64,000 bases of DNA from Candidatus Parcubacteria bacterium. Lineage in GTDB: Bacteria > Patescibacteriota > Patescibacteriia > Patescibacteriales > UBA12075. The stretch is from assembly GCA_002869165.1 (NCBI GenBank), contig PKTK01000012.1:7275-71274 (forward strand), read 5' to 3'. The translations under genes and the position numbers were made by a program. The notes beneath the pieces are model-generated. The model was not told the DNA's origin. It made no database searches and saw nothing but the letters and a program-made list of their open reading frames with translations. This document shows positions 17,707 through 28,325 of the stretch, piece after piece; positions within the stretch are counted from its first letter, which is position 1, and every line of letters begins with the position of its first letter.

Positions 17707-17823
17707 GATACAAGGATACAAAACACAAACAAATTAAAATGCACAAATAAAAAATAACCAAACAGCGTAATGATGTTTGGTTATTTTTATTCTAATTTGT
17801 TTGTTTTTTGTGTCCTTGTGTCC
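17707..17823 (+). terminator. nested hairpin downstream of ychF: outer ~34-nt arms enclosing an inner terminator
   Basis: GATACAAGGATACAAAACACAAACAAATTAAAAT pairs with ATTCTAATTTGTTTGTTTTTTGTGTCCTTGTGTCC. Two of the four mismatches (T17709, T17719) are U-G wobbles on the plus strand only. Inner stem AATAACCAAAC pairs with GTTTGGTTATT, followed by a T-run. Confidence 0.55.
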
Positions 17824-17830
17824 TGTTTTT

Positions 17831-17918
17831 TGTCATTCTCGAGCCACTCCCTGTGTCATTATGCCTGTCCCGTCTTTTCTGCTGTTTACGGAATTCTTCG
17901 CTTATGCTCAGAATAACA
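17831..17918. repeat. TGTCATTC...GAATAACA palindromic-family element (degenerate)
   Basis: TGTCATTCTCGAGC...GCTCAGAATAACA termini. Confidence 0.45.
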
Positions 17919-17955
17919 CTTAAGGAAGGATATTCTTAATTCTTAAATACATTAC

Positions 17956-19137
17956 TTATTTTTTCTCCAATACAACGATCTCTCGCCAAACTTTCTGGCC
18001 ATCTCGACCATAAAGTAAATTATTTCTAAAACTTAAATTTCTTTTCAGCTTACTATTCAGTTCTTTTGGTAAAACATTTATATTCTTAAATCCTTTTATG
18101 TCTGGATCTAAATACAATTTCTTTTCTCCCAAGATTCTAACCGGCCATACCATTACCACTCGACCCTTGTCTTTTAAGATTTTATGGAAATTTTTTAAAG
18201 CTACCGAATACAGTTCATCAAGCTCTATCTTAATCTTTCTTTGATCAACTTGTCCTCTTTGTGGACCTAGATATGGTTCGGTAACTATTTTATCAACTGA
18301 TCTTTCATCTATTTCCTTGCTTAATTTTATTACATCACATTGAAAAATTTCTTTTTTACTTTTTTGAGTGATAAATGTTTTTTCAAACCAAGTTAAATTA
18401 TTTTGTGTATCTTTGACAGCTTTTGCGGAAACATCTGTGCCAATTAAATTTTCAACCCCCATGAGCAATGCTTCTCCCAAAACAGTTCCCGAGCCACAAA
18501 AAGGATCAAGCAATACATCATCTTCTTTTACTCCTGATAAATTAAGAAATATTTGAGCCAGCTTTGGCGGAAGCATGCCTGACTTATCATCACGACTTGG
18601 CCGGCCATAATCTCTTCTTGAGAGTTCTTTGAAAGCCTGGACTGATTTAGTCTGCGCTACCAGTCTTCTATCACCACTACCAAGCAAAACTATCTCCACC
18701 CCATTGTCTTTCATTAGATTTTGTTCTACTACCACACTGGACAAGGTTTTTTCCTTGGAAGTAACCCAACGACAAGATCTTGAAGCATCTTTTAGATTCC
18801 TTTTGATAACCATAGCCAATTTCTGTTCCTTTTTAAAATTTGCTTTTAGCGAATAATCAGAAATACCAAATTTTATTTTACCCTCGCTTACTAATAAGTC
18901 TGTCATAACTTTTTTATAAATTTCATCCCCATCAATCTGCTTGGTTTCAAAACTTACTTTACCAAATTTTATCACCCCACCCATTCGCTTGATAATATCT
19001 GAAGGAATTTTCTTTTTTGTTTCAATTAAAAAAACATCGTCATTAATTAATTCCCATGAATCAATATTGACGACTACTGATAATATTTCAGCAATGCTTA
19101 TTGCCTTGTTTTTTCCCAAAACAAAAAAGTATTTCAT
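17956..19137 (-). CDS. SAM-dependent RNA/DNA methyltransferase (UPF0020/Trm11-RlmL-like)
   Basis: LDPFCGSGTVLGEALLMG SAM motif and TEPYLGP (NPPY-like) motif. Confidence 0.7.
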   Translation of the reverse strand: MKYFFVLGKNKAISIAEILSVVVNIDSWELINDDVFLIETKKKIPSDIIKRMGGVIKFGKVSFETKQIDGDEIYKKVMTDLLVSEGKIKFGISDYSLKANFKKEQKLAMVIKRNLKDASRSCRWVTSKEKTLSSVVVEQNLMKDNGVEIVLLGSGDRRLVAQTKSVQAFKELSRRDYGRPSRDDKSGMLPPKLAQIFLNLSGVKEDDVLLDPFCGSGTVLGEALLMGVENLIGTDVSAKAVKDTQNNLTWFEKTFITQKSKKEIFQCDVIKLSKEIDERSVDKIVTEPYLGPQRGQVDQRKIKIELDELYSVALKNFHKILKDKGRVVMVWPVRILGEKKLYLDPDIKGFKNINVLPKELNSKLKRNLSFRNNLLYGRDGQKVWREIVVLEKK

Positions 19138-19183
19138 ACCTAAACTATAACAGCTTTTTTATTTTTTTCAAGCAATGGTAAAA

Positions 19184-19206
19184 GGGGCTCTTTTTTAGGG
19201 AGCCCC
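19184..19206 (-). terminator. orphan minus-strand terminator in a 0.73-kb gene-free gap
   Basis: On the minus strand, GGGGCTC-loop-GAGCCCC is followed by TTTTA. No annotated minus-strand gene lies upstream of it. Confidence 0.4.
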
Positions 19207-19873
19207 TCCGGACAGCTGATTTTTGTCAGCTTTCCTAGCAGTTGTCTCAATTTTGCTCAAAAGCATTTCTGCTTTATTTGGATTTTCTCCAAAAAACAAA
19301 CTGGTGGGTTTATTTTTCTTGTCATCCCTTGTCTAACAAACGAGTTCTTCCGTTTTTTTCAAAAAAGCGAAGTATCAAGGGCTATAAGCTTTTTTGAAAA
19401 TGAGCGAATCCCCACTATAACATTAAAGTTATATAACTTACCCTGATAGGGGCTTGCCAACGCTACTACGCGTTGCGGAGAATAGTTCTTTTGAGGCAAC
19501 TACGTTTTAATTATAAGGGATAATTATTAAGTTTTTATTAATTTCATTGTTATTCTTGCCAAAAACAAAAAATCCTGCTAATATAACCATACAATTAATT
19601 ACCTTTCCCAAATATTTGCTTAAATTAGCTAAATAAGTTATGGAAAATAACTAAAGGTATCCGAAAATTTATGAATTTTGCAAAATCATAAGGGATATCT
19701 TATGGTTTTTTTATTAAATTAATTGCTAAATAACTATATGGTTAAATTGTTAAAAATTTCAAATAACAATTTTGCCATATAACAATTTAACAATTAATAA
19801 AATCATAAGAAACATGTCTTAATTTGCAGATTACAAAATTTACGAATTAAAGATAAATACAAAAAGGAAATTT

Positions 19874-20374
19874 ATGGCAAAGAACAAAGATTCAAAAATG
19901 CCACATTATGAACTTCTTTTCATCATCCCAAATAAATATACAGAAGATGAAACAAAAGATGTTATAAATCATGTTCACAAGATAATTGAGGACATGGGTG
20001 GTAAAAAGACCTTAGATGAATTCTGGGGTAAGAAAAAATTCTGCTATCCGATTAATCATGAAATGCATGGTTATTATTCACTAGTAGAATTCGATTTAGA
20101 AGCAGAAAAAATCAACAAACTAAATCAAGAACTCAGAATGTCAGCCGAAGTTTTACGTCACATGATTGTAAATCGTGCACCAAAGACTGATGAGCAAATT
20201 GCTGCTGAAAAAAGATTACTTGAAAAACGCATCAAGAAATCTGAAAGCAAAAAAGAAGAGCCTAAAAAAACTGAAAGCAAAAAAGAAACAAAAACAACAA
20301 CATCCGAAAAGGTAGACACCAAGGAGCTTGATGACAAGCTAAACAAAATCTTGGAAACAGATGATCTATTGTAG
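19874..20374 (+). CDS. rpsF: 30S ribosomal protein S6 with a Lys/Glu-rich tail
   Basis: YELLFIIPNKY...GYYSLVEFD...LRHMIV. rpsF-ssb-rpsR synteny. Confidence 0.9.
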   Translation: MAKNKDSKMPHYELLFIIPNKYTEDETKDVINHVHKIIEDMGGKKTLDEFWGKKKFCYPINHEMHGYYSLVEFDLEAEKINKLNQELRMSAEVLRHMIVNRAPKTDEQIAAEKRLLEKRIKKSESKKEEPKKTESKKETKTTTSEKVDTKELDDKLNKILETDDLL

Positions 20375-20543
20375 CTCGCTACTCTCTACCCAAATATAAA
20401 TGGGTACATCCAAATATATCTATCTAATATTATAATATTAAACCAACATTAATAATATAATAATTATATTTCTCGGATTATAAAAAATAACATCTTGTAT
20501 TAGGCTCTCCTCTAATGGTTAGTCACATCAAGATAAAAATAAT

Positions 20544-21026
20544 ATGGATCTTAATAAAGTACAAATTATCGGTCGTCTAACTCGTGACCCAGAAATTAGA
20601 ACTACTCCCAATGGTCAATCTGTTGCTCAAATTGGTGTAGCTACTAACTTCGTTTGGACAGACGCACAAGGACAAAAACAAGAGAGAGTAGAATACCACA
20701 ATGTAGTAGCTTGGAGAAAATTAGCTGAAATTATTGGCCAATATCTTAAAAAAGGTGCCAAAGTTTATTTTGAAGGCAGACTACAAACAAGAGATTGGAC
20801 AGGCCAAGATAATGTAAAAAGATACCGAACTGAGATCATCGCAGAAAACATGATTATGTTGGATTCTCGTGGCGGTAGCGGAGCACCATTTAATAACTCA
20901 GCACCATTCCCAAGTGATGCACCAGCACCAAGCACTCCTCAAAACGACACTCCAGTAATCAATATTGACGAACCAACCGATAACTCCCCTGAAGACGAAA
21001 TAAAGGTTGAAAATATACCTTTCTAG
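20544..21026 (+). CDS. ssb: single-stranded DNA-binding protein
   Basis: [26 protein letters not shown]-fold N-terminus. Acidic C-terminal tip ...[10 protein letters not shown]. Confidence 0.9.
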   Translation: MDLNKVQIIGRLTRDPEIRTTPNGQSVAQIGVATNFVWTDAQGQKQERVEYHNVVAWRKLAEIIGQYLKKGAKVYFEGRLQTRDWTGQDNVKRYRTEIIAENMIMLDSRGGSGAPFNNSAPFPSDAPAPSTPQNDTPVINIDEPTDNSPEDEIKVENIPF

Positions 21027-21120
21027 CTTATAGCTTTTAGCTATTAGCTTCTAAAATAAATAATCTATAGTTTGTGTTTGTGACCTAAAAGCTACAAACT
21101 ACAAGCTAAAAGCTAAATAA

Positions 21121-21342
21121 ATGAAAGAACAACTTCAAAATGAAAAGGCTTGTTACTTTTGTGTAAATAACATTGATAATATCGATTACAAAGATATTCA
21201 TACCATCTCTAGATTTGTTAATATGTATAAAAAAATATTACCAAAAAGAAGAACTGGTACATGTTCAAAACACCAAAGACAACTTGCAACTGCAATTAAA
21301 AGAGCTAGAATCATGGCCCTTTTACCATTTACTAATCAATAA
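21121..21342 (+). CDS. rpsR: 30S ribosomal protein S18
   Basis: CYFC...IDYKD...RRTGTCSKHQRQLATAIKRARIMALLPF. Confidence 0.9.
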   Translation: MKEQLQNEKACYFCVNNIDNIDYKDIHTISRFVNMYKKILPKRRTGTCSKHQRQLATAIKRARIMALLPFTNQ

Positions 21343-21355
21343 AAATAGATAAACT

Positions 21356-21410
21356 GATAACAGACGACAGATAACAGTATACTGTCGTCTGTTATCTGTC
21401 GTCTGTTATC
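21356..21410 (+). terminator. 22-bp perfect-stem hairpin built from CTGTYRT heptamer words
   Basis: GATAACAGACGACAGATAACAG 21356-21377 pairs with CTGTTATCTGTCGTCTGTTATC 21389-21410. Confidence 0.55.
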
Positions 21411-21417
21411 TTAGTTT

Positions 21418-21975
21418 ATGTTAAGCATAAGTGATATTAAACTAGGAAAGATAATCCTAGAAAAAAATGAACCATATATTGTTGTAAAAGCAGATCATCA
21501 CAAAATGGGCAGAGGCGGAGCAGTTCTCAAAACTAAGCTTAAAAATCTCATTAACGGCAACATTCTAGAAAAGACATTTCAAGGCAATGATAAAGCTGAA
21601 CCTGCTAACACTGAAAGAAAAAAGGCAAATTTTATGTACAAAGATGACTCTCAAGCTTATTTGATGGACAATGAATCCTATGAACAATTTAGTCTCGAAC
21701 TTGAATCAATAGGCGAAAAACAGAAATTTCTAAAAGACGGGATTGATGTTGATGTGCTCTACTTCAATGGCCAGGCGGTTTCTCTTGATCTTCCTATCAA
21801 AATGGAATTCAAGGTTACCATGGCACCTCCAGGAGTAAAAGGCAACTCAGCTGGTAATGTACAAAAACAAATTGAAATCGAAACTGGCGCCACTCTACAA
21901 GCTCCTTTGTTTATAAACGAAGGTGATCTAATTAGAGTAAATACTGATACTGGTGAATATGTAGAAAGAGTGTAG
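21418..21975 (+). CDS. efp: elongation factor P
   Basis: DIKLGKII..EPYIVV..HHKMGRGGAVLKTKLKNL; 185 aa. Confidence 0.9.
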   Translation: MLSISDIKLGKIILEKNEPYIVVKADHHKMGRGGAVLKTKLKNLINGNILEKTFQGNDKAEPANTERKKANFMYKDDSQAYLMDNESYEQFSLELESIGEKQKFLKDGIDVDVLYFNGQAVSLDLPIKMEFKVTMAPPGVKGNSAGNVQKQIEIETGATLQAPLFINEGDLIRVNTDTGEYVERV

Positions 21976-22164
21976 AAACAATTACGATTTACGATAAAAA
22001 GAAGAGCTTAGCTCTTCTTTTTTGTTTATGAAAATATTTATAATTAACATTATCTTATAGACTGTTCATGCTAGCAGACACCTAAAGTGAATTATTCAAT
22101 ACCAAGACTAAGTAATTGCTCTTCGTCATCCGCAAACTGGTTGAAAACTAATCAAAACAAAAAA

Positions 22165-22222
22165 GTGTCATCCTGGTAGTAGTGAAGAATTCCGAGCTTC
22201 TTCGCTACTATCAGGATGACAC
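22165..22222 (+). repeat. GTGTCATCC...GGATGACAC palindromic element (25-bp arms)
   Basis: The two arm mismatches are both G-U/U-G compatible on the plus strand only. Confidence 0.55.
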
Positions 22223-22262
22223 CTAGGGATAAATTATTCTAAATTATTATTTGCTAACTGAT

Positions 22263-23309
22263 TTATTCATCGTTTTCTTTTTCCATAGCTTTGATTTCTT
22301 TAATTATTTCTTTGCGAATATCTTTTATCATTTTTTTATCTCCTCTTAGCGTTCTTTTAGCATTCTCTCTACCCAATCCAAGTTTTATTTCATTGAAAGC
22401 ATATGAATTACCTGATTTCTTAACTACGTTATAAGCAACTCCCAAATCAAGCAAATCTCCTGCAATTGAAATACCCTCGTTATACATAATATCAAACTCA
22501 CAAGTCTTAAATGGCGCTGCTACTTTATTCTTTACAATCTTGGTTTTTACACGATTGCCAATAATCTTATCAGCTTGTTTGATTTGAGCACTACGTCTGA
22601 CTTCAATTCTCACAGATGAATAAAACTTGAGAGCATTACCGCCAGTAGTTGTTTCTGGATTGCCAAAAAATACTCCAATCTTATGCCTAATCTGATTTAT
22701 GAAAATAACCACTGTTTTAGATTTGGAAACAACTCCGGTAAGCTTACGCAGAGCCTGGGACATAAGTCTAGCCTGTAAACCCATGTGTTGATCTCCCATC
22801 TCTCCTTCAATTTCCTTTTGGGGAACCAAAGCAGCCACTGAATCAACTACCACCACATCAATTGCATTTGATCTAACTAACGTCTCCAGGATCTCTAGAG
22901 CTTGCTCACCGGTGTCAGGCTGAGAAATAAGCATGTCTTTTACATTCACACCAATTTTGGCAGCGTAGTCAGGGTCAAGTGCGTGCTCAGCATCTATAAA
23001 AGCAGCTATCCCGCCGAGTTTTTGCACCTCAGAAACTATATGTTGGGCCAAGGTTGTCTTTCCTGAAGACTCAGGACCAAAAATCTCTATAATCCTCCCT
23101 CGAGGGACACCACCTATCCCTAGAGCTAAATCAAGCGATAAGCATCCAGTTGGCACAACATCTACATCAACCTTTTTGGCTTCACCAAATTTCATAATAG
23201 CCCCATCGCCAAATTTTGTTTTTATCTGGTCCATTGCAGCTATTGCTGCATCAGCTCTTTTGTCTTTTTCCTGGTTTTTTGATTGTTTTTCTTCTTCTTT
23301 TTTTGCCAT
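22263..23309 (-). CDS. recA: recombinase RecA
   Basis: [11 protein letters not shown] Walker [10 protein letters not shown], and L1/L2 loop motifs. Confidence 0.95.
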   Translation of the reverse strand: MAKKEEEKQSKNQEKDKRADAAIAAMDQIKTKFGDGAIMKFGEAKKVDVDVVPTGCLSLDLALGIGGVPRGRIIEIFGPESSGKTTLAQHIVSEVQKLGGIAAFIDAEHALDPDYAAKIGVNVKDMLISQPDTGEQALEILETLVRSNAIDVVVVDSVAALVPQKEIEGEMGDQHMGLQARLMSQALRKLTGVVSKSKTVVIFINQIRHKIGVFFGNPETTTGGNALKFYSSVRIEVRRSAQIKQADKIIGNRVKTKIVKNKVAAPFKTCEFDIMYNEGISIAGDLLDLGVAYNVVKKSGNSYAFNEIKLGLGRENAKRTLRGDKKMIKDIRKEIIKEIKAMEKENDE

Positions 23310-23465
23310 ATGTTTAAGAGAAAAAAACGTAATATTTTTCTAAAAAAATCTATTTTCGTTTTTTGTTCGTATTTTTTAGCCTTTAAAAAAGGAGTTTTTA
23401 TCTCCTTATCAACATTATAGCAAATTTTTTACTTTTAAACAATCTTTTTTATCCACATCCAAAAA

Positions 23466-24143
23466 TTATGGGTTATTAACCAATATTTTTCTTTCTTGTT
23501 TATTTTCTCGACTGTACTTTTTACTCGCTACCACCACAATCGTATTAAGGCCAGATTTTAACTTTATGGATTTCTCAAAGCTCCCTGTTTGATTGGTAAG
23601 GACTAAAACATTATTTATATAAACTTCTGCTTCTACATCACTTTGACCTTGAACTAAAACCTCCTTTTCTATGGTGACAAAATCTTCTGGCGGATAAATA
23701 ATCTGCAGTTCAGGTGGAGCTATAATATTGTTCAAATAAAAAGCCAAATAAACTAAACAAAAACTAACAGCAACTACAATGAGTAAATTTTTGATTAGTT
23801 TTGGAATAGTAACAAAATAATGTACATTGGTAGCTTTTTTTACAAAATAATTATTTATATTTACTTCTTTTTTTTCTTTTTCAGTTTCACCAAAAAGAGC
23901 TGTCAGCTCTTTGGCTGATAGCCCTAAATATATTGCATATTCTCTTAAAAAATTAACTCTATATACTCCAGTTGGCAATTCTTCAAAATTCCCTCTTTCT
24001 AAGGCTTCCAAATATTTCTGGTTCATTTTTAAATCTCTAGAGGCATCTTTCAAACTGATTTTCTTTTCCTGTCTGGCTCTTCTTAATTCTTTGGCAATAA
24101 TTTCATTATTTTCCAAAATTTTATAAGTATGAAACTCTTTCAT
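23466..24143 (-). CDS. RodZ-like HTH membrane protein
   Basis: N-terminal XRE-type HTH, a single TM, and a C-terminal beta-rich domain. Confidence 0.6.
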   Translation of the reverse strand: MKEFHTYKILENNEIIAKELRRARQEKKISLKDASRDLKMNQKYLEALERGNFEELPTGVYRVNFLREYAIYLGLSAKELTALFGETEKEKKEVNINNYFVKKATNVHYFVTIPKLIKNLLIVVAVSFCLVYLAFYLNNIIAPPELQIIYPPEDFVTIEKEVLVQGQSDVEAEVYINNVLVLTNQTGSFEKSIKLKSGLNTIVVVASKKYSRENKQERKILVNNP

Positions 24144-24147
24144 TTTT

Positions 24148-24564
24148 TTAAGGGGTTACATTCCAGTTAGAATTACTATTTTCTGTTCCCTTTATCCCTT
24201 TCATAAAGTAGTCTACAGCTGTATAGGCAAACAAAACAATTATAAGCCCCACTACTGCTGCAATTATTGCACTTTTTCCTTTGCTTATCATGTCCTTGTT
24301 TCCAGCTGCCAATATAAACATAAGTCCACCCACTATAAAAGCCAGCAAAGATAGTGAACCTGATAAATACAAAACCCATTTAGAAATAGTCACTAATACC
24401 AATATTAAATCATTTGCTGTATAGTCGCCAGTCTCCTTTCCGCTTTCAGGAACAATATGTTCATTAGCCAAATTACCAGCCTGAACTGAATCAATAGCTC
24501 CACTCAAAAAAATTCCCAGCAAAAAAACGGTAAATAAAATTATTAATACTTTTTTTGATTTCAT
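24148..24564 (-). CDS. TrbC/VirB2-like pilin family protein (dispersed copy)
   Basis: Signal peptide plus GGLMFILAAGNKDMISKGKSAI..VGLIIVLFAYTA. Confidence 0.65.
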   Translation of the reverse strand: MKSKKVLIILFTVFLLGIFLSGAIDSVQAGNLANEHIVPESGKETGDYTANDLILVLVTISKWVLYLSGSLSLLAFIVGGLMFILAAGNKDMISKGKSAIIAAVVGLIIVLFAYTAVDYFMKGIKGTENSNSNWNVTP

Positions 24565-24588
24565 AAAAAATAATAAATAAAACTATAG

Positions 24589-26013
24589 CTAATCATTCAA
24601 AAGACTTGCATTTATAGTCTGCTGAACTTTCTTTTCGGTATTTTTAATTGCTTTTCTCATCTCAACTTCTCCTGACAATACATTGGTAATCATATCTTTC
24701 ATGGCTTGTTCGGCGCTATTGGCATCATTGCCTTTGTACCATGACTTGGCTGTAAGAACCTGATCTACATAAGCTTCTAAATCAAGTTCTTCTTTTTGTA
24801 CATTCACTAAACTACGCAATGCAGTGGTCTTTCTGGTTGCATCAAGATAATTTATAGCATTTTGCGCTTGAGTAGCAAAGAGAATAAAATCCCAAGCCTC
24901 ATTTTGATGTCTACTTTTACTAGCAACTGACTCTACCCAATAATTAGCAAAATTAACAGGTGTATTTCCTTGAATTTGCGGAAATCTAGTAACCACTAAA
25001 TTCATTTTTGGATTTCCTGCTTCAATTTGAGGAATCATATAAGAATAACCAAACATTATTGCTAATTTACCACGAATAAACAGATCAAGCGAATTATCCA
25101 TACTACCATTCCAACAATACACTTCTTTAGCAGGATTGGCAAAATCTGTATAAAAACGTAAAGCATCTTCTCCTGGTGATTCTGAAATATTCTCATAATC
25201 ATCAGGTGTTTTAGATATTGTTACATTGGTAAAGGTCAAATCCATCATCTCTGTTCCGTTTTGCATCATTAGAGCTGAAAGAATATCACTAGACCTTTCA
25301 ATATTTTCACTTCCTCCAAGCGCTACACCTGATTGAATGATCTCGCCTTTATTGTTTTGCTTAGTTAATTTTCTAACAGTTTGCTGAAAATCTGTATCCC
25401 AATAGCTTGGAATATCAGTGATGCCAGCATTATTAAGCAAATCTCTGTTTACAAACATAAGCAGAGTATCAACCGCTACCGGAAGACCATAAACATAATT
25501 TTTCACTTGCTTGGTTTGACCATCTTTCACGCTAATAACCACATCATCATAAACTACATCAACAAACTCACTTTTAATATCATTAAGAGTTGGGCTGGCT
25601 TGAGTTTTTACAACTGGGACCAATTCTTTTTTGATAGTTCCCCTAGTTTCTGTAAAAAGCATAGTAGTAGTATCAGGCATTGGAGCTATCCAATCTCTAC
25701 TTTGATATTTTCGGGTCCAAGTATTATGAATAGAAAATATATCAGGCACCTGATCAGAGGCAAATGCTTCCAGTAATTTCTGCTCGTACTCTTCATAACG
25801 AATTAATTTATAATTTACATTCACAAATGGATGTAGAGCGTTATATTCATTGATAATAGTTTGGAATGTTTCTGACTCATCCCATACTCGCCAATATTCC
25901 AAAGTAACGTCCTGGCCCAATGAAGCTGTATTACTAGAAACACATTTACACCCAAAACCAGATAATAATATAAAAATAATAACCAATACAAATAAATTTA
26001 GATTTTTTCTCAT
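24589..26013 (-). CDS. ABC-transporter extracellular solute-binding lipoprotein (sugar-type SBP)
   Basis: Lipobox LLSGFGC from the internal Met. Size and motif pattern fit family-1 SBPs. No permease or ATPase genes adjacent. Confidence 0.65.
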   Translation of the reverse strand: MRKNLNLFVLVIIFILLSGFGCKCVSSNTASLGQDVTLEYWRVWDESETFQTIINEYNALHPFVNVNYKLIRYEEYEQKLLEAFASDQVPDIFSIHNTWTRKYQSRDWIAPMPDTTTMLFTETRGTIKKELVPVVKTQASPTLNDIKSEFVDVVYDDVVISVKDGQTKQVKNYVYGLPVAVDTLLMFVNRDLLNNAGITDIPSYWDTDFQQTVRKLTKQNNKGEIIQSGVALGGSENIERSSDILSALMMQNGTEMMDLTFTNVTISKTPDDYENISESPGEDALRFYTDFANPAKEVYCWNGSMDNSLDLFIRGKLAIMFGYSYMIPQIEAGNPKMNLVVTRFPQIQGNTPVNFANYWVESVASKSRHQNEAWDFILFATQAQNAINYLDATRKTTALRSLVNVQKEELDLEAYVDQVLTAKSWYKGNDANSAEQAMKDMITNVLSGEVEMRKAIKNTEKKVQQTINASLLND

Positions 26014-26134
26014 ATTTATAATAAAAAATATTTTATAAACTACCAATATTATAACACAAACAGAAAAAATTTGAAATTTTTAATTTTCAATCTTTTAAAC
26101 TACTTTAAATTATTAATATTATAATTTTTCATTA

Positions 26135-27664
26135 TTAAACCGCCTCCTGATTAACTGGTCTATACTGCAAACTTTCAGCGACATGTTTAGCATATATTGC
26201 TTCTTGGCCTTCCAAGTCTGCTATAGTTCTAGCAAGTTTTAATAATCGATAATAGGATCTAGCTGATAAATGAAGTTTTTCTACTGCACTTTTTAAAATT
26301 TGTTTTGACTCATTATCAAGTACGCAAAATTGTTTAACCATTTCTGAATTCATTTCTGTATTTGTTACTATTGGCAATTTGGCAAATCTTTTTGCTTGGA
26401 TCTTTCTAGCAACTTCTACTCGTTTTTTAATAAATTCAGAACTTTCTCCTTCACCCACTTCTGATAATTTTTCAAAATCAATTCTCGGGACCTCAATATG
26501 CAAATCTATTCTATCCATGATTGGCCCAGATATTTTCTTGCGATAATTAATAACCTGATTTGGTGAACAAGTACAAGTCCTATCAGGGTCGCTTGAATAA
26601 CCACATGGACAAGGATTCATGGCTGATACTAAAATAAATTTAGCAGGAAAACTCAAATTTCCGGCTGCCCGGGAAATATGAATCACTCCATCTTCAAGGG
26701 GCTGACGCAAATTTTCAAGAATTGACCGAGAAAATTCAGCAAACTCATCCAAAAACAATACCCCTCGATGAGCCAACGATATTTCTCCTGGCCTTGGCCA
26801 AGTTCCCCCTCCCACCAAGGCTACTCCAGAAGATGTGTGATGAGGTGATCTAAATGGCCTATTGTCAACTAGGGCTTGTTTTTCGGGTAATTCTCCAGCT
26901 ACAGAATATATTTTGGTTATCTCCAAAGCTTCTTCCAAAGTTAAATTAGGCAAAATTGACGGCATGGTTCTGGCTATCAAAGTTTTTCCAGAGCCAGGAG
27001 GACCAGACATCATCATATTATGAGCCCCTGCTGCGCTTATCTCCATGGCCCGCTTCACATGTTCTTGTCCTTTGATATGCGCCATATCAAAAAGTATTTT
27101 TTTATTTTGAAAATTAAATTCTTTCTTTTTTTCTGGAGATAAAAAAATCTGACCAGAAAGATGCTTGGCCAGCTCAAGTAAATTACTAACACCAATTACT
27201 TCAATATCTTTCACTAAACTTGCCTCAACTGCATTTTCTTTGGGTAAAAATATTTGTTTGATTCCTTCGCGCTTAGCCTTCAAAGTAATCGGTAATACCC
27301 CATTCACTCTTCGTAAATCACCGTTTAAAGCTAGCTCACCAACAAACAACATCTTCGTAAAATCACCATTAACGGTCAATTTACCTGAGGCTAAAAGAAC
27401 AGCTACAGCGATGGGTAGATCATAACTTGGCCCATGTTTACGCAAATCAGCTGGGGCTAAATTAACAACTAAACGTCTCTTGCTAATAGGTAAGTTAGAA
27501 TTTTTAATAGCTGAACGGACCCGCTCCTTAGATTCAGAAACTGCCATGTCAGGAAGACCGACTATGGCTATATTTCCCATCTCACCATGACCAATATCAG
27601 CTTCTACTTCAACAATCTCAGCATCAAGTCCGACTACAGCTGCGGAAAGAACTTTTGAAGACAT
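26135..27664 (-). CDS. YifB/ComM-family Mg-chelatase-like AAA ATPase
   Basis: N-terminal Lon-like domain, GPPGSGKT, LFLDEFAEF, C-terminal ChlI-type helix bundle. Confidence 0.9.
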   Translation of the reverse strand: MSSKVLSAAVVGLDAEIVEVEADIGHGEMGNIAIVGLPDMAVSESKERVRSAIKNSNLPISKRRLVVNLAPADLRKHGPSYDLPIAVAVLLASGKLTVNGDFTKMLFVGELALNGDLRRVNGVLPITLKAKREGIKQIFLPKENAVEASLVKDIEVIGVSNLLELAKHLSGQIFLSPEKKKEFNFQNKKILFDMAHIKGQEHVKRAMEISAAGAHNMMMSGPPGSGKTLIARTMPSILPNLTLEEALEITKIYSVAGELPEKQALVDNRPFRSPHHTSSGVALVGGGTWPRPGEISLAHRGVLFLDEFAEFSRSILENLRQPLEDGVIHISRAAGNLSFPAKFILVSAMNPCPCGYSSDPDRTCTCSPNQVINYRKKISGPIMDRIDLHIEVPRIDFEKLSEVGEGESSEFIKKRVEVARKIQAKRFAKLPIVTNTEMNSEMVKQFCVLDNESKQILKSAVEKLHLSARSYYRLLKLARTIADLEGQEAIYAKHVAESLQYRPVNQEAV

Positions 27665-27812
27665 AAAAAATAAATTAAGGATAAATGATAATTTAATTAT
27701 AGCACATTAGGCACATATCACGTATCATATAACACAAAACAAATTTTTTGATTTTCTAAAATAAAAATCCCTGAAACTTATTTTTAAGTTTCAGGGATCA
27801 AGAAATTATAAA

Positions 27813-28130
27813 TCATTTGAAAGCCCCTCTCATACGATGAAATTCTTCATGAGCTCTGGACTCTTCAACCAGGTGCTTGAAAGAATAACTTTCTTTGGAC
27901 CACACCTGTTTCTGTCCAATTCTCTCGCAAGCAAAAATCATTTCCTGGACCTTTTTGAAAACGCCCAGAGAAACTCTCTTTCCTACAGGCGAAAAACGAT
28001 TGTTTTTCCAAATCCACTTAACAGGAGATTTGGGATAATCTTTGCCAGTGATTTTTACGAAAAATTCATTAGAATTATTTCTATTCTGCCACACCTCTAT
28101 ATTTTCTATATTTTGCATTTTTTCCTCCAA
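27813..28130 (-). CDS. hypothetical protein, G+C-richer than its surroundings
   Basis: 105-aa ORF with a GGAGG-like RBS. No motif recognised. Confidence 0.5.
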   Translation of the reverse strand: MEEKMQNIENIEVWQNRNNSNEFFVKITGKDYPKSPVKWIWKNNRFSPVGKRVSLGVFKKVQEMIFACERIGQKQVWSKESYSFKHLVEESRAHEEFHRMRGAFK

Positions 28131-28325
28131 AAGAAATAAATTATTTTAAGGCACGATTTTATATAATAATTATATCATATTTATATAAATTTGTCAATGC
28201 TATTTAGGTTAATTTTTTCTATTATTAGCAATTATTAATATAATTACTTTTGACTTTTTATAAAAATAATGCTAAAAAAATAAAATAATATGCCCTTTTA
28301 AAAACCTATATTTATGAGGTAAAAA

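Noticed and set aside
19180-19520. SRP RNA or RNase P RNA on the minus strand
   Set aside because: CTCCGCAACGC and GTCCGGAGG resemble fragments of E. coli 4.5S RNA, but the conserved AGGUCAGGUCCGGAAGGAAGCAGCC core is not present.
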